Below are positions 47,883 through 58,087 of a stretch of 64,000 nucleotides of DNA, piece by piece. The position numbers and the translations under genes were made by a program. The stretch is taken from assembly GCA_964230645.1 (NCBI GenBank), contig CAXRHT010000002.1:832001-896000 (forward strand), written 5' to 3'. The notes under the pieces are model-generated. The model searched no databases. It worked only from the letters and a program-made list of their open reading frames with translations, and had not been told where the DNA came from. The DNA is from Bdellovibrionales bacterium. Lineage in GTDB: Bacteria > Bdellovibrionota > Bdellovibrionia > Bdellovibrionales > JAGQZY01. Numbering within the stretch: the first letter of the stretch is position 1; the number at the start of each line of letters is the position of its first letter.

Positions 47883-48134
47883 ATGATCGCTGAACCTGAT
47901 GACCTTATAAAACTAGCCAACTACAAAATGCCTTTTGGACGCTACGCAGGTACTGTTCTCGTGGATCTACCCGAGCCCTATGTGAACTGGTTCAATAATA
48001 AAGGATATCCGAAAGGTGAGATTGGACGCCTTCTTGCTATAGTCTATGAAGTTAAAGTCAATGGTCTTGAGTACTTGTTCAAACCGTTAAGAGGCTCTGA
48101 AGAGAAGATCCAAGCCAATTTGAAAAAACTTTAA
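47883..48134 (+). CDS. DUF3820 family protein
   Basis: KMPFGRYAGTVLVDLPEPYVNWF...KGEIGRLL...VKVNGLEYL. Confidence 0.88.
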   Translation: MIAEPDDLIKLANYKMPFGRYAGTVLVDLPEPYVNWFNNKGYPKGEIGRLLAIVYEVKVNGLEYLFKPLRGSEEKIQANLKKL

Positions 48135-48240
48135 ATACAGCTACACGTTTATCAATCGTAGAGCGTTCATGCGACTTGGAAAAATCAGTAGGCATGGAAA
48201 TCTAAAAACTTTTTATTCTAATTTCGTGCACAAAGATAAA

Positions 48241-48275
48241 ATTCAAGAGGAACTCCAAACGAAGTTCTCTTGAAT
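48241..48275. terminator. Hairpin between convergent genes (possible terminator)
   Basis: ATTCAAGAG-GAACT...AGTTC-TCTTGAAT. Confidence 0.5.
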
Positions 48276-48288
48276 CTATTGGGATTGA

Positions 48289-48732
48289 CTATTTTAAAGT
48301 TAAAATTAGGACCACTTCACTTTCGAAATCGCCCCCGAGTAAAATTACATTTTCCTCAGAGCTAATGACCTGCGTGAGCTGGCTATCTTTAATTTCTGGA
48401 TTGTACCAGCTTATGTAACATCGCCCTTCCCTATTGAGGTTACTGAGCGCGACAAATTCAAAGCCATTGAAACCATCTTCGGAATCAGCCGTCAGGCTGA
48501 ACAGAGAGCTGACTGGAGCTTTGATGGCATCAGAAATATTGCCGATGAGTGTGTCGTTTGCAGCATCTTCAGTATCAACTTCTGAAAAGCTAATACCAAC
48601 CGAATTCCCAGCTTGATCTGGAAACTGAGCAAGATAACTCTTTCCATCTAAATTTAAGTCGTCGCAACTGACCTTAGCTAAAACTTGATTAGAAAAAAGT
48701 AGCACTGTGCAAATGCATATAATAAATTTCAT
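48289..48732 (-). CDS. Hypothetical secreted protein
   Basis: AAGGAG RBS, signal peptide ending VLA. Confidence 0.7.
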   Translation of the reverse strand: MKFIICICTVLLFSNQVLAKVSCDDLNLDGKSYLAQFPDQAGNSVGISFSEVDTEDAANDTLIGNISDAIKAPVSSLFSLTADSEDGFNGFEFVALSNLNREGRCYISWYNPEIKDSQLTQVISSEENVILLGGDFESEVVLILTLK

Positions 48733-49142
48733 CTGAATCTCCTTTGAGAAATTTAAAAATTTCTCCTCTCATCTACCTAAACTCATTGGATAATGGGAGC
48801 CAGAAATGAAATTTAAAGGGGTTTTGAATAATTTTCCGTGTTTTATATAATTCTTCAGGGTTGGAACACCACAGACTCAATACTAAAAGTTCCAGCGTGA
48901 GAGGCCCATTTTTCATATTTAATGGCTCCGGCTTCAACGAAACCAGTGCTTTTTCGAGAAGAGAGGATCGAGCCTTACTGATTGAGGGATTAAACCAATA
49001 CAACTGTGCCAACACCCTAGTACCGTACTATCACTTTCTAACATAGCCCTATGTTTATTAAGAAATGTCTCGGCCAACTATTGAGTGGTAAATAGGCACT
49101 TGAGAACCTAACAGCCAATCATTGTTGGCAAAGGAGAAAAAA

Positions 49143-49835
49143 ATGAAAACCTTAATTACCACACTAATAAGCGGCTTACTACTTAGCAGTCAGGCCTTCG
49201 GTCAGAACACAGTGACATTGGATCCTATGGGAGATGCCGCAATAGGTGGAAGACCGATAACCCATGGAAGTGGCAACATCACTTATGAAGGCGATAAAAT
49301 CTATAGTGGAAAAACGGCCGAGCACAATTACGCCAGCATTAAACTTGATACTGTTCACCTCCCCGGCTTCTATGATTCTTTCGATCTCTATGTTTCCTCA
49401 GGAACAACAGGAACTGGTGAAGGACAAACACCGATTCCCCCTGGCAAGAGACTGGTATTAAAATCTTTTCCCAACTCAGATCAAACAGGCCATCTTTTTG
49501 TCAATGCTTATAGTGATTCTTATGGAACTCGTTTTGAAATTTCAGGTCCCTTTGAGAAGGTCGAAGGAGTTCAAGGAGTGATCCGAATAAATTTACCTCA
49601 AGAATTTTCTGATATATATCAATTCAATAAGGCCATTGAAGCCTCTAACCTGTTTCACTTGTCGGCCTGCACATCTGAAAAGGATTGCTACCTTGAGGTC
49701 AATACCCATTACAACCCTTACCCACAAGTTCCAAACGGTCGATTCAATACTTTTTGCAGCGTTGAGCAACAGACGGCCGATGGTTCGAAATACGTGGTCA
49801 ACAAGCTGGTAATTGCGGGAACATGCCCTAAATAA
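49143..49835 (+). CDS. Hypothetical secreted protein
   Basis: AAGGAG RBS, signal peptide ending AFG. Confidence 0.7.
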   Translation: MKTLITTLISGLLLSSQAFGQNTVTLDPMGDAAIGGRPITHGSGNITYEGDKIYSGKTAEHNYASIKLDTVHLPGFYDSFDLYVSSGTTGTGEGQTPIPPGKRLVLKSFPNSDQTGHLFVNAYSDSYGTRFEISGPFEKVEGVQGVIRINLPQEFSDIYQFNKAIEASNLFHLSACTSEKDCYLEVNTHYNPYPQVPNGRFNTFCSVEQQTADGSKYVVNKLVIAGTCPK

Positions 49836-49895
49836 ATCTATAGAATAGAGCGTTTTAAATAAGAAAGGCTCCCTTGAGAGTTCTTGGGGAGGAAT

Positions 49896-50429
49896 TTATT
49901 TTTTCTGGTTCTTGGGGTCGACAGGTATTCCCCTGCCACTCCAAACAAGTTTCTTGTAACTTTTCCCTTCGCCAACCTTGTGGGAGCTAAGCTCGACATC
50001 AACGATCGTATCAAACCCCCTACCAGCAGTGAGGAAGGCCAATTTTAATAAGGCTTCCTCTTTATCCTGGCAATCTTTCACAATGACTGGCGCCTCCCGC
50101 CTTATAATCTTGCGCGATTCCTTTGATTGGTTCTTGGAGAAGACATTCACATCTTTAGCACGCTCAACGATTTCAAAATATTGATTCACTCTGTCGGCAA
50201 CTCCTTGCTGATAGCAGTTCCTGCAAAAAGTTTTATTTTTTAGATCATCAGGCAAGAGATCAATCAGTTCAAACTGATCCTCATCGATAAACTCGACACA
50301 GTTTTTACAACTGGGACTTCCACAAGAAGAGCATCTTAGCGCTGTCTTATTCTTTTCACAAAGTTCACAGGTTAGACGATCCAAAGTTTCTCCGAGTAAG
50401 GGCCCTGGCACATTTTGTGGATGTGCCAT
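49896..50429 (-). CDS. Zinc-finger (multiple CxxC) protein
   Basis: CELC, CSSC, CKNC, CRNC motifs followed by a small alpha/beta domain. Confidence 0.7.
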   Translation of the reverse strand: MAHPQNVPGPLLGETLDRLTCELCEKNKTALRCSSCGSPSCKNCVEFIDEDQFELIDLLPDDLKNKTFCRNCYQQGVADRVNQYFEIVERAKDVNVFSKNQSKESRKIIRREAPVIVKDCQDKEEALLKLAFLTAGRGFDTIVDVELSSHKVGEGKSYKKLVWSGRGIPVDPKNQKK

Positions 50430-50457
50430 AGCAACTGATTCTAAATCGGTTAAATGG

Positions 50458-51807
50458 TTACTGAGCGGGAATCACAAGGATTTTGCCAATATTTAAAAGA
50501 CTGCGACGACCGAGTTTATTGCGTTGTTTTATTTTTGAAAGACTCACGCCAAAGCGTTTGGCGATCGTATAAAGGTTATCGCCTTTTCTTACTTTATAAG
50601 AGCGCTCCCCTTTTTCTAAAGTCACCGCTTTTGATTTTGCGGTTTTGCGCCCTCCGACACTTTTACCTGGAACGATGATTTTTTGCCCCGGGTATAGAAC
50701 CGCCCGTCTGCGGAAATTGTTGGCCTCTCTAATGGCGCGAATACTTGTTCCAAAACGACTGGCAATATGACTTAGAGTGTCTCCCCTACGGATACGGTAG
50801 TTACGACTCTCCCCACTAGCTACATATATAGTGACGTCCGTTGTGCTGGCAGCTAATGACTTATTGATCTTGTCATCGACAATATAAGAGGGCACTCGCA
50901 ATTTACTGACTTTTTTCATCTTAGGGATAATCCCTCGTTTAAAAGCCGGGTTGAGGTCGTAAAGAGTTTGCTTTTCGATCCCTAAATTCTTAGCCATAGT
51001 TTTAAGGTTCACACCTTTGTTTTTTAAAATAATTTCTTTGTAATCAAGAGGAGCGAGCCAATCCACATTTTCAAATCCATATTTTTGTGGGTGCTTTGCG
51101 ATCATTCGTGCCGCAAGAAACTTAGGGACATAGTTGTTGGTTTCTTTAGGAAGATAATTGTTTTCGGCTAACACCCAGAAATCGCGGGTGTAGTGTTGCA
51201 TGACAAGCCTTTTGATTCGATTCTCACCCACATTGTAAGAGGCAATGGCTAGGTACCAAGAACCAAATAGGTTATAAAGCCCTTTCAAATAAAGGGAGGC
51301 GGCCTCCGTTGCAGCTTCAAAATCTCTTCTCTCATCGATGTAGTAGTTTTGCTCAAGTCCGTAACGCTTGCCCGTTCCGCGAATAAACTGCCAGTAACCA
51401 GAGGCTCTAGCCCTTGAAAGGGCTCTGGAGCTAAATCCAGATTCAATCAAAGCTATGTAAACCAAATCTTCGGGAAGTCCGTGAGATCTTAAAATTTCCT
51501 TCATTCTTGGAAGGTAGCGCGAAGAGCGAGAGAGATACTTCATCATATGGGGCTTCCCGCGCCCTTGAAAATACTCAATCCACATAGTGACTTTTTCATT
51601 GAGATCCTCGGGCAAGTATTTCATATCCGATTCACTGTCATTGAGGTCTTGCTGTTTGGGAGCAGGTGTGGCTTTTACATCTTTACTTTCAAGCTGGGCC
51701 ATTTCAGGAGAGCCTGGGGCCATGGGCATTAGGATTTCTTCTTTTTTCGATGTGCTCGAGCAGCCTGTGATCAAGATCAACAATCCAACGGAAACAAGTG
51801 TTCTCAT
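50458..51807 (-). CDS. mltD: Membrane-bound lytic murein transglycosylase D (SLT + 2 LysM)
   Basis: Lipobox ITGC, LPEDLVYIALIESGF, ASGYWQF, ASYNVGE, ETNNYVPK, two LysM repeats. Confidence 0.92.
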   Translation of the reverse strand: MRTLVSVGLLILITGCSSTSKKEEILMPMAPGSPEMAQLESKDVKATPAPKQQDLNDSESDMKYLPEDLNEKVTMWIEYFQGRGKPHMMKYLSRSSRYLPRMKEILRSHGLPEDLVYIALIESGFSSRALSRARASGYWQFIRGTGKRYGLEQNYYIDERRDFEAATEAASLYLKGLYNLFGSWYLAIASYNVGENRIKRLVMQHYTRDFWVLAENNYLPKETNNYVPKFLAARMIAKHPQKYGFENVDWLAPLDYKEIILKNKGVNLKTMAKNLGIEKQTLYDLNPAFKRGIIPKMKKVSKLRVPSYIVDDKINKSLAASTTDVTIYVASGESRNYRIRRGDTLSHIASRFGTSIRAIREANNFRRRAVLYPGQKIIVPGKSVGGRKTAKSKAVTLEKGERSYKVRKGDNLYTIAKRFGVSLSKIKQRNKLGRRSLLNIGKILVIPAQ

Positions 51808-52214
51808 GGCTTCCTCCCAAAATTCTACCTTACCTAAAAATCTTTGACCTATCAATGAATCTACAGAAAGGGCCCAACAGGCAAGCATTTAAAGCTCAAA
51901 AACCGATCTTTGTCCCTGAATGGTCCAAAGCAGCGGGAAAATTTTTGCCCTAATTTTTTCCAAAAAAACTAGCCTTTTATGCTGCTAAACTGAGCAAGTT
52001 ATGTTTCTAGGTTCGCCCCTGCCTCTTTTACCCACCCTAAATGTTGCTTTTGCTACCTCCCCAAAGACATTGGACCTCGCCCCCAAGAGCAATGCTCTAT
52101 GTCAGACATTATGAAGTTTACTAAACAACCCCTACACATGCCGGGGGGAGGAAGGACCTTCGATATCCTCTATTCTTTGTGAACACTAAAACAAACCACC
52201 ATAAGGGGGAATGA

Positions 52215-52697
52215 ATGAAAGTATTAGCCATCCTAACCACAGTTCTGTTTTCACTCAGTGCTTGGGCCCAAACACCGGTTCAAATTGAAGAGGCCAACCA
52301 AATCACGTGCAAAGGTCAAACCTATGAAGGTGATCGCTACACAGTGAATGTGTATTATACCTTGGACCCGACGTGGACCCAGCAAGACACCCCTTTCACA
52401 ATTGTGTCCGGAAAAAGAGCTTTCGTTTCTGTAAACGTAGAGCGTGATAATCAGGTTGTTTATGCTGATGCTCTATACACAAACGACCTTATGATGAAAC
52501 AAACCGAAGACTCGCGTAGCTTTGAATTTAAAAACATCGAAGTTCAAAGAACCACAAATGACGATGGCGAACTGATTTTTGAAGATGTAACCACTGACTT
52601 TATTAATATCTCAATGGTGGCCGAGCAGCCTTCAGAATTTGATTTTGAACTAAAGACAGCCTACGGAGACTTCGAAAACGGTCAATGTTCCATGTAA
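52215..52697 (+). CDS. Hypothetical secreted protein
   Basis: AAGGGGG RBS, signal peptide ending AWA, followed by a terminator. Confidence 0.72.
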   Translation: MKVLAILTTVLFSLSAWAQTPVQIEEANQITCKGQTYEGDRYTVNVYYTLDPTWTQQDTPFTIVSGKRAFVSVNVERDNQVVYADALYTNDLMMKQTEDSRSFEFKNIEVQRTTNDDGELIFEDVTTDFINISMVAEQPSEFDFELKTAYGDFENGQCSM

Positions 52698-52726
52698 TTC
52701 ACCTCAAGTGAATTTGTGATTTTTCT

Positions 52727-52758
52727 AAAAAGCGAAACCTCATTGGTTTCGCTTTTTT
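52727..52758. terminator. Bidirectional rho-independent terminator
   Basis: AAAAAGCGAAACC-TCATT-GGTTTCGCTTTTTT between convergent genes. Confidence 0.85.
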
Positions 52759-54131
52759 TATTGTTTTTTTAGCCAGCGACCAAAGCTCCACATAACAAAA
52801 GCATGGATTTTCGCCTGAGTTAGACGATAGATTAGCCAAGGAAGACTCGGACGAAAATTATGAATGGCCGCGATCACAAAGTCATCTTTGGGTCCCCGCC
52901 TAAACTCCAAGCGAGCGGCTGGATAGTCATTTGATAAACTTCCACCTCGAATATAGAAAAGGTCACGCCCTTCAAAAGTTCTTTCGTTAGAAAACTCGAG
53001 AATTAACAAAGGTCTTTTAAATCCCAGTATTTTGAATTCGAGACAGTCTCCGTCTTTCACAATGTTGAGGAAAGGAAAAAGGAACTTTGGTAACCACCTC
53101 ATATAACTCTTGGCCACATCTTTTGAGCTCCAGTCCCTGGGACAGGGCAGTCTTTGCACCGACTGTACTAGCGAGGCTGAGGTCTCCTCATCTTTTTTCT
53201 GCCGCTTACCGGGAAGCTCTGGAAAGGAATCGGTATTAACACTTCGATCCAATGCCTCATCAACAGAGGTAAATTCAACCGATAAGTCTTCGGGTAGTTT
53301 TTTCTGAGGATCAACCACCATCGAGTGGATAAGAGAATCGACCAGCGGATAAATGAGTCGTGCCGAGAGGCCAGTGATTAAGCAAACCCATAGCTTTGAC
53401 AATGCCGGACTCACGAGAGGCACTTCCACAAACCAATTTTTAGTACCCTTTATTTGGGAAACTTTCTGTAGAATATATTTGTAATCTATCTTTTGAGGAG
53501 CGCCAGTATCAAAAGCGCCTTCCTTATCTTTACTTAAACACTTCTCGACAATTTTCACCAAGTCTTTGACGTAAACGATTTGCAAATTGTTTTTAGTCCA
53601 TTGCGGAAGCCCCATCAGTCGAAGCCTCTCAACCAAACGCTCCACAATTTGAAAAGAAGACCCCTTTTTCCCTACCACCAAACCACAACGAAGAGTGATA
53701 ACTTTGACAGAATTTTGATTGAGAGTTTCTTCCACTTCAAGGCGGCTCGCTAAATGAGCGGAAAGTTCGTCTTTATCAGGAATGATTCCGCTGACGTAGA
53801 CAATTTTTTTAACGCCTTTTTTCTCTGCCGCCTTTACAAAATTGTCAGCCAAAATGAAATCGAAATCTTGAAACTCCCCTTGCGCCAAACGCGAGGAGGG
53901 AAGCATCGAATGAACCAAATAAACAGCCATGTCACAATTCTCAAGTGCTTTTTCACAATCTAGAAGGGAGTAAAGATCAGCCTGCACAAATTCTATATCT
54001 TGGTTTTCACTCTCAATGGGTGAGCGACTTAAAGCTCTTAAACGAAATTCAGAACTTCTCAAAAGTTGATCGATTAAAAAATGTCCAATAAACCCCGTTG
54101 CTCCGGCAATGGCCACTCGTTTTTTTTCCAT
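52758..54131 (-). CDS. NAD(P)-dependent epimerase / atypical SDR (YbjT-like)
   Basis: AGATGFIG Rossmann motif, YLVHSM, SAHLASRLEVE. Confidence 0.85.
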   Translation of the reverse strand: MEKKRVAIAGATGFIGHFLIDQLLRSSEFRLRALSRSPIESENQDIEFVQADLYSLLDCEKALENCDMAVYLVHSMLPSSRLAQGEFQDFDFILADNFVKAAEKKGVKKIVYVSGIIPDKDELSAHLASRLEVEETLNQNSVKVITLRCGLVVGKKGSSFQIVERLVERLRLMGLPQWTKNNLQIVYVKDLVKIVEKCLSKDKEGAFDTGAPQKIDYKYILQKVSQIKGTKNWFVEVPLVSPALSKLWVCLITGLSARLIYPLVDSLIHSMVVDPQKKLPEDLSVEFTSVDEALDRSVNTDSFPELPGKRQKKDEETSASLVQSVQRLPCPRDWSSKDVAKSYMRWLPKFLFPFLNIVKDGDCLEFKILGFKRPLLILEFSNERTFEGRDLFYIRGGSLSNDYPAARLEFRRGPKDDFVIAAIHNFRPSLPWLIYRLTQAKIHAFVMWSFGRWLKKQ

Positions 54132-54140
54132 ACAAATCCT

Positions 54141-54545
54141 TTAACTTCCGACTATATAGAGTATGACAGGTGCCACACCATCGCCAATAAACCCCAAACG
54201 ACGGGCGGCCTCTTTTGATAAATCAATAATTCGCCCACCACTATAAGGTCCTCTGTCTGTAATCTTCACCACCACCGAGCGTCCATTTTTCTGGTTCACC
54301 ACTTTCACTCGAGTTCCAAAGCTAAGATCAGGGTGAGCTGCTGTCATGGCATTCATATTGTACTTGGCACCATTGGCCATTTTTTTACCGTGAAAGTTTC
54401 TGCCGTACCATGAGGCCAAACCTTTTTCGTAAGCGCCTTTAGGAAGGGAGGCACAGGAGGTCAAAACGAAAATAAGGATCAAAAAGCGGCCAATACTTTT
54501 AAAAAGAGAGCTTTGATTTTGACACTTCAGAAAAATTTTCTCCAT
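54141..54545 (-). CDS. rlpA: Septal ring lytic transglycosylase RlpA family lipoprotein
   Basis: GLASWYG, TAAH, DRGPY, RIIDLS; lipobox LTSC. Confidence 0.92.
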   Translation of the reverse strand: MEKIFLKCQNQSSLFKSIGRFLILIFVLTSCASLPKGAYEKGLASWYGRNFHGKKMANGAKYNMNAMTAAHPDLSFGTRVKVVNQKNGRSVVVKITDRGPYSGGRIIDLSKEAARRLGFIGDGVAPVILYIVGS

Positions 54546-54626
54546 AGGTTCTGGTTATAGACAAGGGGGGCAAAATTGACAAAGTACCGGGCATTAAATG
54601 CATAAATTTACACATTTTAAGACTCC

Positions 54627-55733
54627 TTAAAGAGTTATAAAGAGTCGTAATGTCGAGAGCGTTCCATCGTCGACGCCCAAAACGGGATTGAGAATCACCT
54701 GATGACTAAGCTGAAATTTCAACCATGAGTTGTAAACATGGTCAGCGGTGACTTCATAGACCTCTTCAGGAGTCTCCACACCTCCAGCAAAAGCTGAGGA
54801 GTAACCCCATCCAAAATCCGTTCCCTCAAAAAGTTCGCTGTATTTAAATCCCAGCACTCGGTTTTCAAAGAGAATCAAAGGGCGCTCGGTGGCTTTACCG
54901 TAGCGGAGAAAAGGTTGTAAGTGGTTGCCCCACTGGGTATTGGCTTGAAAATAGAGGCCGGCTTGGGAAAAATGGCTTTGTAAGACACCTTGCTGTATCT
55001 CCATATTCCAAGTTCCAATAGCGACTGCGGAATTCGGGTGATTTGCTGGCTCCCACCCGGCTTCAAAAACGGCCATATGATTTTCACTATTGAGCCGAAT
55101 ATGACTCTTCATTTGCTTGGGATAAAAATGCTCTTGTGAGAGGGGATCAGTCACCGCACCTCTTAGATAAATACTATCCCAGAATTTATGACTGTCGAAA
55201 TAAAGACCAAAAGAGGGAAAGGGATAAATAGATGGCCCACGGTAGCCCGTAGCGCCCCACTCCGCTGTGGTACCAAAAGAGGAATTAATAAACATCAAGG
55301 CTGGCTCTGAGACATTGATCTTAAGGGACAAGTCCCTCCATCCAAGACTGACTTCCCACTCTCCAAAAAAACGACCATAAAGAAGTTCGTAGATTCTGAT
55401 CGCCTCAACACCTTCAGTATCAATATTTGAAACGATTTGCAGATCGCCAAGATCTCTTGTTGGGGAGTGCCCCCCATGATTTCCCATTATTGAAGCTCTA
55501 AAAAACTGCCTGGAGGTAACTTTTTGGACATTAAAAAGGGCACTACCTATAGTGAGAAGCTCTTCTTGTTCAGAACCCACAGTGAGGTAGTGTTGATCTA
55601 AGATATAACTAAAAGAAGCTTCCCATTGAAGACTGTTTTCCCCGTGTGCCGATACAGGTAAAAACCATCCGACTAAGATAATCAGAAAAAAAACACGTTG
55701 AAATTTACTTCTCTTTAAATAATCGACGAACAC
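54627..55733 (-). CDS. Carbohydrate-selective porin (OprB family)
   Basis: GDLQIVSNID, FINSSFG, GPSIYP, QVILNP motifs. Confidence 0.8.
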   Translation of the reverse strand: MFVDYLKRSKFQRVFFLIILVGWFLPVSAHGENSLQWEASFSYILDQHYLTVGSEQEELLTIGSALFNVQKVTSRQFFRASIMGNHGGHSPTRDLGDLQIVSNIDTEGVEAIRIYELLYGRFFGEWEVSLGWRDLSLKINVSEPALMFINSSFGTTAEWGATGYRGPSIYPFPSFGLYFDSHKFWDSIYLRGAVTDPLSQEHFYPKQMKSHIRLNSENHMAVFEAGWEPANHPNSAVAIGTWNMEIQQGVLQSHFSQAGLYFQANTQWGNHLQPFLRYGKATERPLILFENRVLGFKYSELFEGTDFGWGYSSAFAGGVETPEEVYEVTADHVYNSWLKFQLSHQVILNPVLGVDDGTLSTLRLFITL

Positions 55734-55792
55734 CTGTTCAGGTTATCATTGAAAGCCAATTGATAAAGTCTGTGTGCAAAAAGAATATCTGC

Positions 55793-58087
55793 CTAAAGTG
55801 TGGCCTCTTTCCATGGCGGATCACTGAGATTATTCGTCTTTTCGTGAATGATCTTATAGAGCAAGTAGTTTCTCATAACCGCTTTCACATAAAAACTCGT
55901 TTCAGCCCATGGTAGCTCGTCCATCCAAATATCATCTTCAGGACTGGCTCCAATCTTTTTCCACTCCTCGTCCAAGGCGTCACGGTGATCGAGCCATCGA
56001 TCCAAATTGCCAGGCCCCACGTTGTAGGAGGCCACCGCAAGAGGAACGATTTTATTATATTTGCCAACCATTCTGGATATAAAATGGGTCCCAAAGCGAA
56101 TATTCACCTCGGGCTTAAAAATATCAGGGACAGTACGAAATCTTTTAACCCGCAACCACTTGGCTGTTTCTTTTGCTGTGGGAGAAAGAAGCTGCATCAG
56201 ACCGTAAGCTTTTGAAGGGCTAATGGCTCGCCTCATGAAAGCACTTTCTTGCCTCATAATTGCCCACACTAGATTTCGTGAAATATTAAATTCTTTTTCA
56301 GCCGCCTTAACCTCTTTTTCATAATGAGTGGGAAAGGATTCTTTTAAAAAATCCCGGCTGATAAAATCCAGATTAATATCGATGGCTGAGGCGTAGTCCC
56401 CTATGGCTCGGTTTTCTCTCAAGGCGGCTCTCCACAGCTTGGCCCTTACTAAAAAACCACCGGCAGTTTGAGGGTCAGGCAGGAAATCAATCTCGGTTTC
56501 GGCTTCGTCCACCCAACCATAGGAGAGGAGATTTTCAATACGCTTCCAGCGTTCTTTATTGTTCTCTGGCCACCAGTACTGAGTTTGAAATTCCTCTTTG
56601 GAATCAGAAAGAAGATTTTGCAAACCTTTTTTCTCTTCCATACGAACAATTAGCCCGTAGTAGGTTAACGGAAATGTTTTGAAAATAGATTCGGCAATGT
56701 TACTTGATCGATCAGAGCCAATCTTTTTTAAAGAGCGCCAAAGCCAGTAGCGCACTTGCAATTCATATTTGTCAGAACCTTCATGCAAAAGGAAGCGGTC
56801 ATACACATTGACGACCGATTTGTATTCCTTCTCCCTAAAATAAAGGAGACCTAAGAAGTACTGAGCCTCGTAACTGGCCTCAGTCCCCGAATACTTCTCT
56901 TTGAGCTTTTTAAAATAGGACTTTGCCTCAGAAATTTTTCCCAAATAGTAGGCCGAGCGTCCGGCCATCATCATGGCATCTGCCGCCAAAGGAGAATCCT
57001 CCCACTTTTCAGCGGCCGCATCAGCCAAATTGTAGCTTGATTCCTGGTAGCCACGCTCATAAGCATCCGTAGCCCAATGAAAAATAGCAGAGGCAGGAGC
57101 TTCTTTTAATTTGCTTTCAAAGTCTCTTTTTGCCGAACGATATTTAGCGCCTCGGCGGTAAAGAAGTCTCTTATAAAAGCGACTGACCTTGGCTAAAACT
57201 TTCTTAACCCTCTCTGACCCAGGGTATTCGTTTAAAAACTCAACTCCATAGCGAGCCACATTGTAGGATTGTCCTTTTTTCGCCGCACCGGAAAACTGTC
57301 TCCAGAGTTTTTTCTCTCCGGCCGTCTGATTAAGATCAAGTGAGTATTTGTCGGTCTTTAGAACACCACTCGCCTTTAAGGATTTCAGCCTTGCAAGAAC
57401 TGAGCTCTTCTCTTTAAACCGGTAACTTCGAATAAAATTAGCAATGGCTATCTCATTTTTTTTGTTGAGCCAGGCGTACTCCCCCATAATTTCATAATAA
57501 AAAGCGCGCTGCTTTTCATCCATATAATCGAGAAGATCGTTGTGTTGATCAATAAATGAGCCTAACTCACTTCGCGCTTTATTCAGAGCCGTTTGCGCTA
57601 AGTCTAAAAATAAATCTAAAAACCTTTTTCGATGATCCGGATAAGGGGAATTGAGAAGGGAAACCTTATTTTTTGCTAAAACTTTAAAGGATTTTAAAAA
57701 TCGGCTCGCCTTCCACGAAGAGCGCCTTTTATGCAAAGAGTTCAAACAACTCAAATGAGTCTCAGAAATCCAAACTCCAAGTCTTTTATTATCAGAATTC
57801 TTCTCTGCCAACTCCACACAGTTTTCAAACTGACTTTTTAACTGATACCACTTTAACTTTGAAAGCTCCCTTATTTTTTTTGCATTCTTATGTTCGTGCA
57901 AATCTATGGCTTTTTTGAAATCTTTTTTATAGGAAAACTCTTTGGTGTCTAAACCTAAGGCCTTAGGACTTGAGAGGCTAAAAAACAAAACTCCAAAAAG
58001 AATTGGTAACATCAAATACCAAATTCGGTTTCGGTTAAGTCTCCTGGTCTTTTTTCTTACGTCGTTTTTTACTATCAAAATCTTCAT
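55793..58087 (-). CDS. slt: Soluble lytic murein transglycosylase with TPR repeats (start uncertain)
   Basis: AIMRQESAF, AYGLMQL, ASYNVGPG, ETSFYVKAV. Confidence 0.88.
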   Translation of the reverse strand: MKILIVKNDVRKKTRRLNRNRIWYLMLPILFGVLFFSLSSPKALGLDTKEFSYKKDFKKAIDLHEHKNAKKIRELSKLKWYQLKSQFENCVELAEKNSDNKRLGVWISETHLSCLNSLHKRRSSWKASRFLKSFKVLAKNKVSLLNSPYPDHRKRFLDLFLDLAQTALNKARSELGSFIDQHNDLLDYMDEKQRAFYYEIMGEYAWLNKKNEIAIANFIRSYRFKEKSSVLARLKSLKASGVLKTDKYSLDLNQTAGEKKLWRQFSGAAKKGQSYNVARYGVEFLNEYPGSERVKKVLAKVSRFYKRLLYRRGAKYRSAKRDFESKLKEAPASAIFHWATDAYERGYQESSYNLADAAAEKWEDSPLAADAMMMAGRSAYYLGKISEAKSYFKKLKEKYSGTEASYEAQYFLGLLYFREKEYKSVVNVYDRFLLHEGSDKYELQVRYWLWRSLKKIGSDRSSNIAESIFKTFPLTYYGLIVRMEEKKGLQNLLSDSKEEFQTQYWWPENNKERWKRIENLLSYGWVDEAETEIDFLPDPQTAGGFLVRAKLWRAALRENRAIGDYASAIDINLDFISRDFLKESFPTHYEKEVKAAEKEFNISRNLVWAIMRQESAFMRRAISPSKAYGLMQLLSPTAKETAKWLRVKRFRTVPDIFKPEVNIRFGTHFISRMVGKYNKIVPLAVASYNVGPGNLDRWLDHRDALDEEWKKIGASPEDDIWMDELPWAETSFYVKAVMRNYLLYKIIHEKTNNLSDPPWKEATL

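Noticed and set aside
48773..49046. Two overlapping short ORFs in the 48.7-49.1 kb gap
   Set aside because: Non-ATG starts, no RBS or motifs; coding status unsupported
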